Source of the DNA: Catajapyx aquilonaris
Taxonomy: Eukaryota
DNA length: 46,462 bases
Assembly: GCA_000934665.2 (NCBI GenBank)
Contig: JYFJ02003098.1
Location: 1 to 46,462 of the forward strand
Direction: 5' to 3'
Position 1 is the first letter of the stretch; every line of letters begins with the position of its first letter. Positions 29,021-38,552 of the stretch are shown piece after piece. The notes below the pieces were generated by a model that saw only the letters and a program-made list of their open reading frames with translations, searched no databases and was not told where the DNA came from. The position numbers and the translations under genes were made by a program.

Positions 29021-29254
29021 AAGGGTTGCCCCCGAATAATGTTGTAAGTGACATTGGTGACAGTTGTCTAGTTTTGGTTTCGCGGGTCCGGGAATTGGAA
29101 AAGATACATGTCCTGTGGTCATTTGGTCTGATATAATTGACAACATGAGTCAAAAAGTTTTGATTCATTTGTGCCTGTATCTTTTGTACCATTAATTCCA
29201 CTTTTCCTCAATTTGTCTGAAATGTCACTTACAACATTATTCGGGGCAGCCCTA
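29021..29254. mobile_element. MITE nested in the transposase linker region (hAT-like ends)
   Basis: About 34-bp TIR AGGG(T/C)TGCCCCGAATAATGTTGTAAGTGACATT. TSD not clearly preserved. Confidence 0.75.
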
Positions 29255-29369
29255 CATTTAGTGCTCATGATTCCCCTTTTATCTCCAAAGAAGTCTGGGT
29301 AATTTAAGGTGAAAATATCGCCATGGAATGTAACAGTAGGATCACATTGAAACATTCAGGTACCTGTAA

Positions 29370-30115
29370 TTCTTGGGCGTTTTCTTGAGGACATATCCTG
29401 GTCTTCACTCAACTGGGAATTTCCTGCCACACGCTTCACTGCAAGGAAAATTAAGTCTTACAGGTGAAGTACAGCTAACTTGTAAGTAGGACTGGGAAAA
29501 TACTCTAACTCTCAGTATGTATATTAGCTCGTTTAACTTAATGTAGATGCTCTGTAGACATAATTAATTATGAGAGCCTATACACCATAGACCTTTTAAT
29601 AAAATCAAGTACTTTCGGAAGCTTACAGGCAGTATGTGCCTATTTAGGTAAAGTGCTGGGCTGGAAATTTGGTTAGCTACCTGCACTGATTCGTGTTCCT
29701 GGAGTAGGCATCATCTGCACGTTTGGCATGGTCCCTGTAGTTCTTAAGCATTTTCTTGCTGGCATATCCTGGTCTTCACGTTCGACTTGGTGTTTCCTGC
29801 CGCACTCTTCACTGCAAGAAAAATTAAGTGCTATGGATGAAGTACAGCTAAGTATGAAAGGAAAAATATCGAAACTCACAGTATGTAGGCTATACAAGTA
29901 TTACCTTATATATAACTTAATGTGGATACTCAGTAGACATAATAATCAGAGGCTACATCAAAGACCTTTTAGACTATACTACATAGACTATCAAGTCCTT
30001 GACCTGGAAGCTTACAGGCAGTATGTGACTATTTTAGTAAGGTGAACTGGAAATTTGGGTATACCTGCATATGTTCGTGTTTCTGGAGTTGGCATCATCT
30101 GCACTCCTGGCATGG
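29370..30115 (-). repeat. Tandemly duplicated exon-intron unit (period about 375-390 bp) within the transposase gene
   Basis: VQMMPTP.TR..AG occurs twice. Donor ACTGCCT|GTAAGC at 30016 and 29627; acceptor TTGCAG|TGAAG at 29811 and 29438. Confidence 0.85.
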
Positions 30116-31028
30116 TTTCATTTGAAATACACGACTCGGTGTTGACACATACAAAGTCATTTGCACAAGTTATGCCTGATTGGGGATAAAGTTCCTTTCT
30201 GGTTGTGACAGGTCCTTCTGGCATGACCTCATTACCATCTGACATGGTCACATCTGAAAATAATGTTTATAATATATTATGTATTAGAACAAGACCAGAC
30301 ATAACCATCATAATTCCAAATTGCAACCTTCATTTTTTACTACTCAAGTTGCTAAATGGTATTTACATGTGAAGCACCCCCTTGGGCCCCTTCTCAGGGT
30401 TCTGAGCAACACTCTGAGTTAATCTACAGTGGCTAGTGATATACATTTCAGCCCCTAAATATTGCCCTCATTTTGTTATGTATTTTAATGCCATTATTCA
30501 GATAATATCCAGACTCGTAGCTGCTCACATAAAATTTCAGTTCCAATTGAAATATATTACATATTTACTTACTTTCTTTGTACGTTGCGGAGAAACTACA
30601 TGGAACAGCATTCTCTTTCAGCAGTTTCCTGGTACCACTCGAAAACTTGATTGCTTCGGGTGAGAAGTGTAGCTCACAGAGCCTGTAGCTTCGATAGGAA
30701 GCAGTGGTCATAGGCAGGTCATCCCTTCCCGCGAGCCGGCACCACTCTTTGAAGAGCTGTGGCTCCTTCGGGAATTTAAAGAATGTGATCCCCGCTCTGG
30801 TTCGCGAACAGCAGTAGCGGGCGGCACACAATAACTTGGTCATACCGACGAAGAAACTCGATCCGAGGACAGACACAGAGAACAGATTACTACACCTGTG
30901 TATGTGTTTAATGGAACGTGAACAGAGGTTGTTGACCCCAGCCACCCCGGCAACCAGCAACAAATTACCCGCTACAGGGTGGCAAGCTGCGTCGAATATC
31001 AGTTTCGAGTCCAAAATTAGTGCCTTAA

Positions 31029-31979
31029 GGTAGTTCTTGCGCTTGGAAACGGGGGGAAGGGGGAGGGGTGTTGAGCCTATGTTTATACATGGGCGAGCTG
31101 GCCAATACCAACTTCTGCGATTGTAAGACATTTCTGCTAGTATTTCTCTGAAACAGAGTTTTGAGTACGCGTTTCGCGTCGGATACGTTACGTGAACATT
31201 TATTTGAGGGATAATAATTCCCTCGTGCACTTTTGTCCCGGAGAAGAGCAGAAATATGGCTGTCCCAAATACCGGAAAAAGTGCGGGAAATCCGGCAACG
31301 TTGCACACGTTGGCAACCCTTATCAACAAAGTATCGATGTTTTGATGTATCGATATTTCCCCCCAGCGATATATCGAGTACTCGATAGTTAGCCCAACTA
31401 TCGATATTACAGTATATCGATATTTTAATAAAATTATTGTTATTGTTATTGTTATTAAAATATATTATTAAAATTATTATTATTGCCCCTTTTAACTCTT
31501 GCACATCCCTATATCGTAAAACGAGCCCTAGATATTAATTTTATACTCTTAAAACGAGCTCAGCGCGATGCCTGGGACTTTCAAAACGCGCGCCCCCTAC
31601 TATATTGTTGTAGCTGCGTTGCCAAGTCATCGCTGAGAGCCGTGACTACCCCGCAGTTTTGAAGGGATTGTGAAAGAACGGGCCTGGTGACGTATTGGTT
31701 TCTTGTGACAAAATAATTTGGTACGAATGTGGCTACACAGTGATTAGTTTTTTGTGATCGTGGCACCATTTTCACGGGATCTACGGGGGGAAATATCGGT
31801 TCCTGGATGCCCCTCTCCATAAGCCGCCATGTATAAGACCTCAAGTTCAGAGATGAATATCTCCGAAAGTATTTAGTAGAAGTCCTTTATATTTTACAGG
31901 CTCATTAGTCACATAACAGGGAACAACTGGTGTAATTTTAAATTCTCTGCCACCATTTCGTCTTAGCGCAAGAACTACC
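31029..31979. mobile_element. Kolobok-like non-autonomous element
   Basis: TTAA|GGTAGTTCTTGCGCT...AGCGCAAGAACTACC|TTAA (15-bp TIR, TTAA TSD, GG termini). The empty site is visible in P copy 2 at 37469-37472. Confidence 0.85.
31190..31511. mobile_element. Fragments of hAT-type MITE ends nested in the Kolobok-like element
   Basis: TTGGCAACCCT (~31310-31320) and GCACATCCCTA (31501-31511) resemble hAT MITE 3' termini. ATCGATA repeats at 31332-31421. Partner ends not found. Confidence 0.45.
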
Positions 31980-32468
31980 TTAACCGCATACGACCTCATA
32001 TTGGTCAGTTTTTAGATTTATAACTCTTAATTGTGTGCCTCTTGATATTAAATCAACACAGTTTATTGAAATTCCTCTCGACAGCACTCGACGGTGCCGC
32101 CTAGTGGCGCCGTGTAGTGGTCGGTAGCCAAACACGTTGACTAAACAACTGGCCAAAAAGTGGCGACGCTTGGAAACCGTTTTTTCCACTCTTCCTAGTA
32201 TTAAGCTCTTTGGACCGGCCCTGTAAGCACATACGCACTATTTAAATTTAATTACTGGTAATTTTATTCTTGCAGACAAAGTGTAAATAACAGTGTAGTA
32301 AATTTTTCTCTTTCAAAAATAGATGCCCCATTTTGACAATTATGGGACATAATCGTCATCCACACTGTCGGTGTCACTGTTGCTAACAGGGTTGACACCA
32401 TTGTTGATCATCTCTTCAGTCTCCGATTCCTCCGAATCCTCAACATCCTCACCACTCAACTCTGACGG

Positions 32469-33434
32469 CTAATACAGAGACTCATCATCTTCAATCTCCT
32501 CGTCATTCTCATCATCATCAGTTTCATCATCATCAGTCTCCTCAGTTTCATCTTCTGAGTCTGTGATACCCCTGAAGTAAAATGGATTCTGAGCTTCCAT
32601 CACATTTTCCTGTGGAACACGCTCCCGCAGGGTCATGGCCAGAGGTGGAATAGGCTTTCGGACACTCTGACGTTTGTTGGTGACCCTTCCAGGGTTCTTC
32701 ACTTCTGCAGTCTTCTTCACTGCCTCCTTAACAGGAGCCTTCTTCCTACCTCCAGATGGTGCATGTTTCGGCGTCTGACCTCTAACCTTCAGCCTAGCTT
32801 GAAGCCTGCGAGCATGTCCAGACATGACCCGTTTGTCGTTCAGCATGTCAAACGCCCCACTCCTGCACAGCTCCTCATACAACGGCTGCAAATCTTATAA
32901 TTAGTGTCTGAACAGACAAGTTGCCAACAATAATTACCCCTTCAGGACCAGTAGGGACCACGAAGTATTCCGGGTGGGCTACTGCCTTCCGACGGTACGC
33001 CTCCACACTATTGGCAGGAAGTCGGTCCCATCTCTGTATCGATATGGCAATCCATTCGTCAGGGTTGCCCTTCTTGAACTCGGACGAAATAGTCTAACAA
33101 TGAACATGTTGCCATAAGAACAATCCTAACAATGTAACAATGGATCGAACGATTTTTGAACACTTACAGGCCTGACATCGGTGTAGTACAGGACGAACTC
33201 TGGTGTGATCGTATGACCCTTATGACAATTGGTCTCCCACACTGCCCTCTGCCTCTCAACCTTCTCTATGTTGACGTCAGCTTTCCTCTCCCAGTAAGTC
33301 CTCACATCCGGGTCCATATTCTTCCAACTGTTATTGGCCATTTTAGCCCCATCCACATCCTTCTCTCCGGTTCGAAGGGCACGAATGTCCAGCCTGTCCT
33401 TCAGCACAGCTTCGTACAAGGTAAATCCGTCCAT
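32469..33434 (-). CDS. Divergent tandem HMG-box protein with basic and acidic C-terminal regions (3 predicted exons)
   Basis: Exons 33434-33168, 33093-32938 and 32885-32469 are joined by GT-AG phase-0 introns of 74 and 52 nt. Box A: FTLY...KMANNSWKNMDPDVRTYWERKA. Box B spans intron 1: FVLYYTDVRP/TISSEFKKGNPDEWIAISIQRWDRLPANSVEAYRRKA. D/E-rich tail. Confidence 0.75.
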
Positions 33435-33590
33435 CTTATGTCCTCACAGAATTGGTGTACAGAAAGTAGAGCGTTACAAATACACGTCTAAACTTGACTG
33501 ATGCGAATGCCTGAATGAACTGTCAACAAACTAGTTGGCTTGACACTACTTGACACTGATTGACCGGTTCACCTGGCAACCACCAAATTG

Positions 33591-36179
33591 TTACGGTAAA
33601 AATGGATATTTTCTCGGCCCATACATGCAATGTACAATACGCTCATAAGTAAAGACCGCGAGAGCTAAGCATATCCCACAGCTAAACACTATAAAGTGAC
33701 CTTGCAACCTGTCTAGGGTAAACACCACCCTTCCTTTGTCACTCTCAACAAAATGGTATTTTCTTCTAGCCTGAGCAGCATCTAGCAACCTTCTGTGTTC
33801 TAGCAACCTCTCATTCTTCACATTAAGTCCGATGCTGTAGAATATATGATTCCAATAGTTCCAATGGGGAAGTAGCCTTCATTTTGGAAACTACATAATA
33901 AATTCGTCCATATTTTTTGGATTTTTTTGGCATATTCCGTTTTAAGATATCAGTTTCAGTTCCGGAGTAATTGGGGTTTTTATGTAGGGAAATGGTGACG
34001 TCACTGTTTCCCTAGAAAATGTTGACGTCACGCGAAGTGAAATGAACGCAAAAATGGTGTTATAGAACGCGCCCCGTAATTGTTGTAAAATGCTTCGCTG
34101 TTGTTAGCAACCGTCCCATTCCGTGAGCAAGATAGCGGCCGGGGCGCGTATTTATTCCAGGCCGTTCCAGTCGCTTCTGGGCTGACAGTGGTGCCAAATG
34201 GTAGGAATTATCTGTCACCCGAATTCGGCACATGAAGGCCCCCTTTCTCCACCTCGATGGCCTACAGCCGCCTTGCGAATGCTTTCCGTCGTGTCTGCGG
34301 TTAATTCAAAGTCAAATTCCTCATATCTCGCAGTCAACCAGGCATTTCAGTGTACCCTTTCGATTGGCACCACCCGGCTGCCCCGTTTTTCCCGCCAATT
34401 TTGAAGGCACTTTTAAATGTGCCGTAATTTATCCAGTAATGTCATTTTGATGCAACAAAGGGATGGAATGTATGTTTACAGGCATGGGCTAGCTAGTTAT
34501 GAACAAACATCCCAAATCCCAGACCAAGGCTACTTCACCATTGTCATAGTAGATAGTCCCTTTTAGAAGAACATCAGAGTAATAAATTAAAACAAAGTAA
34601 TCATTAGATTTGAAAACTTTGCCCTGGCAATACGGATCTAACTTCTTCATAGCACGTTTTAGTGTCAACGGGGTTTCCATGCAAACACTGTCTTCAGCAG
34701 TGGGGACATTTCTGAAGCACTGCTTCCAGGTTTCTACTGTTTCTATTCTCTTGTACGTGCTCTCGTAAATGTCATGCTCTTTGAACTCCATGGGAGCAAT
34801 CAGCACTAGATATAACTCTCGGGTCATTTTTATAGCAAACTCAGAATTTGCCAATTCTTTGAATTTTTTCGGGATCTCCTCCAATGGAGGGGTAGTTAGG
34901 AAAGTGTAGAGTTTGGCGCAATACACTGTTGTAATGATCATAGAGAAAGTATATCCAAGTCATGGCCACAACCTTTGAGGCCGATGGACCAGGAAATGGT
35001 GCGCTTTCTTCTAAGGTAACTTTTATAAGGTAATTTAGGTGAGCAAATAACGATCCAGGTTGTCCATGACTGTCCTGGAAAAACATTCCATGATGAAGTT
35101 TAGCAATAATCACTAATGCTACACAGGACGCGAACAATGAAGCAACAATCATGCACCAAGTACCTGGAGTGAACGGATAAAGAGTGATGAGTGCGCTGAT
35201 GTCTGGTCGTGGTGTCCGTGCCAAGAAGGTCACTTTGCTGTTGTGATACGGCGCCATTAGGTCACCCACTGCATTGATCATATCAATTACTGGAAAACCT
35301 ATGAAAAATTCAGTTTTCCGTCGAGTACGTCTCGTACAACCAGACCTAGCGCTGTCAAGTTGTCTAATAAGCCAGTCATGTCAAATTCAGATTGATGCCA
35401 GGTGAAGTTGAGTGCTTTTCCGATAAAACACAACGGATTTTCTACTCTAGAAGTGTTACCGCAATTTTTTGAACTATCTTCATCGCTATATAGAGATTTC
35501 AATAACTTTCCATGCAGATTATTGGAAGTGTCCTTGAAAAGTTGTCGACACGAAATGTGAGAAATGTACGACGGTATTGCCACTGATTCGACAACTGGGT
35601 TCCCATCGTCACAAAATAAGCACACAGAATGCACTAGTAAGAAACCGTTTTGTTGAGAGTTGATAGACACCTTGTACTTGATTGTAGACAATGGCTTGTC
35701 AAGGAGATAATTTGAATCTGCATTGTCTCTAATCCAAAACACAAACTTGTCTCTTGCTTTTTTCACTACCAGTCCATCTGGTCCATAAAATCCCCAAAAT
35801 TGGAGGAGCATACCACAATCAGATGTGTGGCACACTTGGCCATCTTATCTCTAGGATCCAGTTCTAGACGCGATTGTGGAGTGGCGTCATCTGAAGAATC
35901 GCAGTTCCAAGTGCTGACAGAATCCGATTTGGAAACAAGCAGAGGTCGTCCAATAGATGACATCTTACTCATGAAATCCATCAGCTCTTCAGGGAAATGA
36001 TCACCCAAGTCATGATGGATCAGAACAGGACACTCCAGCACTGGCTCAGCGTTCTTCAGCAGGTTCCACATGAATTGAGTTTCAATGTACCCATGTGAAT
36101 TTCCTATTTTAATTTGTACATGGCTGGACTTTGTTGTCAAAAATAATTTCACTATGAAGAGAATATGATAGAGCAACAT
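33591..36179 (-). pseudogene. Divergent ionotropic receptor (variant iGluR chemoreceptor), intronless and disrupted
   Basis: Signal-peptide-like N-terminus, then VCLFCDDG, LFKD..NLHG, ALNFT, YPFTPGTW (M1), VTLEE (pore), VYCAKLYTFLTTP (M3), KGTIYY..GL and TLDRLQGHF..G..LAVFTYE (M4). Frameshifts near 35790, 35300 and 34925, and an insertion at 33866-34539. Confidence 0.85.
33866..34539. mobile_element. ISL2EU/PIF-Harbinger-like non-autonomous element inserted in the IR gene
   Basis: AT|GGGGAAGTAGCCTT...AAGGCTACTTCACC|AT. Removing the element and one AT restores the IR frame. Weak THAP-like remnant inside (NAWLTA...IIPTIW, minus strand). Confidence 0.75.
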
Positions 36180-37780
36180 TTTTCTTTATCCTTGCACTTT
36201 TACTCTACATGAAGAGTATTTTGATATCGTATAATCTGCACAAACGCGAACTCCGGGCAATACAAACATCTGAACCTCGTCAAAGAGTCAGCCCAAATGA
36301 CTGTTTACCCCCATTCCAGTTTCTGACTTGCGAAACTGCAAAGGCACACTACAATATTAATCCGAACTCGAGTTTCGAAAGTGCCCTGACCTTTCTGCTC
36401 ACCCGATCTCGCTTGGCCAAATTCGCAGATAATTGCATGTGTCGCAAGCCGACATCAGATGCGTAGTGACACCAAATACACAAAATAATGTTTATTTTAA
36501 ACAGATATACAGTATAAGTGAGAAGGTAGAAGGTAGAAGATATAAGTATACAGTATAAGGATCGATCACGGTATCCTTGAACAAGTCACCTCCAGTGAAG
36601 TAATTAGTACTGTTGTTCTCTCAACACTCACGTGACATACTCAGGGAATTTCCACACTCAGTTATGGTTTCGACATAGGGCGAATTAATATTGCAATCAG
36701 AAGACCCTAATTGTAGGATAAGATCGTCCCTGATGTGTTATGTTTCAAAGGCTGATTGTTCCAAGCCACCTGAGCCAAGTCAAAGAGCTTAATACTAGGA
36801 AGATTGGAAAAAACAGTCTGGTAGCATAGCAACCGTGTCTCCAATCGACTGACCTGCCACCTGGCGAGTCGGTAACCAAACTCGATACTGTATTGTACAA
36901 TACGGTAGATCGGGGCAGTGCCGGAAATATGGCAATAAAAGCCCCAGAGGTTGGAAATAAGCTATAAGCACTCGTATACTCCCGTTGGTGTAAAAATTGA
37001 CGACAAAACACGATGTAGAAGACCTGTGAATAAAATACCATCACGAAAAGCAAATTGTTTGCCAGAAGTTTATTGCCACTACAATAATCCCACACTCTGC
37101 GCTATACAATACACACCACGGTAGGCTACTGTACACACTGGTCATGATGCTGAACATGATGGTCATGACAGGAAGATATACCCCCGCTGCTATGTCCATC
37201 TTGTGGCGGGACGGGCTTGTTCTTCTACCGTGAACTCGAGAGCCGTGGAGGGTCCTTTGGTAATGAAAAGAATGCGATCCGTGACCCCGTGCGCGAACAG
37301 CAGTAGTAGCACTCGGCACCCAACCCCCGACCGTCTACGCCCCACTATGCCGGCCTTGGAACTTGTTCTATTTCAAAATTCGAACGTGATTTCTAAGCAA
37401 CGAGGTGATTATTTGGATTGTTAGGTGCAGCTGCGTCGAATATCAGTTTCGAGTCCAAAATTAGTGCCTTAACCGCATACGACCTCATATTGGTCAGTTT
37501 TTAGATTTATAACTCTTAATTATGTGCCTCTTGATATTAAATCAACACAGTTTATTGAAATTCCTCTCGACAGCACTCGACGGTGCCGCCTAGTGGCGCC
37601 GCGTAGTGGTCGGTAGCCAAACACGTTGACTAAACAACTAGAAGCGGCTCGAAGCCGTGGTGCTCCTGAGGGCAGGGGAGCCTTGATCCTTGCCCGCGCG
37701 CCACCAACGGTCGTTTCCGCAACTACCCGCACCCGCGAGGAAGCATAAGAATCCCCATCGGAATAAGCAATTCCAGCGAT

Positions 37781-37860
37781 GGCAGCCGTAGTGTATTGGT
37801 AAGCGCGCTGGCCTATAGATCGGAAGGCTGCGGGTTCGCGTCCCGCTCAGGGTTCTTTTT
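37781..37860 (+). other. tRNA-like (SINE head) segment inside the MITE
   Basis: GTAGTGTATTGGTAAGCGCG (A box) ... GGGTTCGCGTCCC (B-box-like), followed by a T-run. Confidence 0.55.
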
Positions 37861-38009
37861 TTTCCCCCTCTTTTTTTCGTCGTCTTTTCTTACGTGAAGA
37901 TAGGGCTGTATCCGCAACGAGTGAAGGTTAGGTTTGGTTAGGTTGGGTTAGTACATCGTTAGTACATCGTACCCCTATCCCCTGCCCACATCACATCAAG
38001 CAGCGGTAC

Positions 38010-38110
38010 GTAGGGCTGTATACGCTGACGATAGGCCTGTATCCGCTGAAGATAGGCCTGTATCCGCTGAAGATAGGCCTGTATCCGCTGAAGATAGGGC
38101 TGTATCCGCA
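38010..38110 (+). repeat. 21-bp minisatellite (GATAGGCCTGTATCCGCTGAA), about 5 units
   Basis: Seen directly; it produces the RIQAYLQ repeat in the minus-strand ORF. Confidence 0.9.
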
Positions 38111-38421
38111 ACGAGTGAAGGTTAGGTTTGGTTAGGTTGGGTTGGTACATCGTATTCCTACCCCCTGCCCACATCAAGCAGAAAAAATTAATATTCCAGC
38201 TCTGAACAGCGCCTTCCTCGCGGGGTTGGTGGCGCGCGGCAAGGATTAAGGCTCCCCTGCCCTCAGGAGTACCACGGCTTCGAGCCGCCTGTAAACAACT
38301 GGCCAAAAAGTGGCGACGCTTGGAAACCGTTTTTTCCACTCTTCCTAGTATTAAGCTCTTTGGCTGCTCCTAATAGGATACTATGAGACAAATATTATGG
38401 CAGATATATATTTGTTTCATA

Positions 38422-38552
38422 CAAGGTGACCCTAAAGTCTGGACACAGTCATAGGTAATAATATTACATTGTTGGTTGCCAGGATAACAATATTGTCAAC
38501 CGACAATATTATAATATCATTACTTATGTGTCCAGACTTTTGGGTCACCCTG
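38422..38552. mobile_element. Small Tc1/mariner-type MITE
   Basis: TA|CAAGGTGACCCTAAAGTCTGGACACA...TGTGTCCAGACTTTTGGGTCACCCTG|TA. Confidence 0.85.

Larger units (their letters stand above)
26651..30843 (-). pseudogene. P-element (THAP9-like) transposase, spliced and frameshifted
   Basis: Exon 1 30843-30573 is a THAP C2CH domain (CAARYC..FFKFPKE..W..LCELHF..LKENAVP). Exon 2 is 30253-30016. The core exon from 28896 has CFDEVSLK, CDQGPNN, YDPPHLLKCMRNNL, KMRV..ASQVFSHSV, NQDCIENLFAKIR..NP and YVAGWV, and ends NRKWKVVLHNNHV*. Frameshifts near 28225, 27375 and 26815. Confidence 0.92.
26216..32212 (-). mobile_element. P-superfamily DNA transposon, full-length copy 1
   Basis: Perfect 34-bp TIR CAAAGAGCTTAATACTAGGAAGAGTGGAAAAAAC (26216-26249 / 32179-32212) enclosing a THAP-P transposase. 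Confidence 0.93.
37639..38291. mobile_element. hAT-like MITE nested in P copy 2
   Basis: 8-bp TSD TAAACAAC (37631-37638 / 38292-38299) and about 65-bp TIRs (GCGGCTCGAAGCCGTGG...). The empty site is in copy 1 near 32142-32149. Confidence 0.88.
26216..38362 (-). mobile_element. Putative composite P-superfamily transposon (two P copies plus cargo)
   Basis: Outer TIRs 26216-26249 and 38329-38362 are flanked by GCTGTTCC (26208-26215) and GCTGCTCC (38363-38370), a 7/8 match. Inner flanks GACCGGCC and AGCCAAGT match neither each other nor the outer flanks. Confidence 0.75.
36781..38362 (-). mobile_element. P-superfamily non-autonomous derivative, copy 2
   Basis: Same 34-bp TIRs (one mismatch in the left TIR). 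36781-36961 matches 26216-26396, and 37430-37638 plus 38292-38362 match copy 1's other end. THAP remnant YCCSRTGSRIAFFSLPKDP near 37310-37250. Confidence 0.92.

Noticed and set aside
30844..31329. N-terminal ~160 aa of the 254-aa ORF upstream of the THAP domain
   Set aside because: It runs through the Kolobok-like insertion; THAP domains are N-terminal, so the ATG at 30843 is the likely start.
31025..31983. piggyBac assignment based on the TTAA TSD
   Set aside because: The termini are GG...CC rather than the CC...GG typical of piggyBac.
38010..38110. CRISPR-like direct repeats
   Set aside because: The repeats are contiguous with no unique spacers, in a eukaryotic context.
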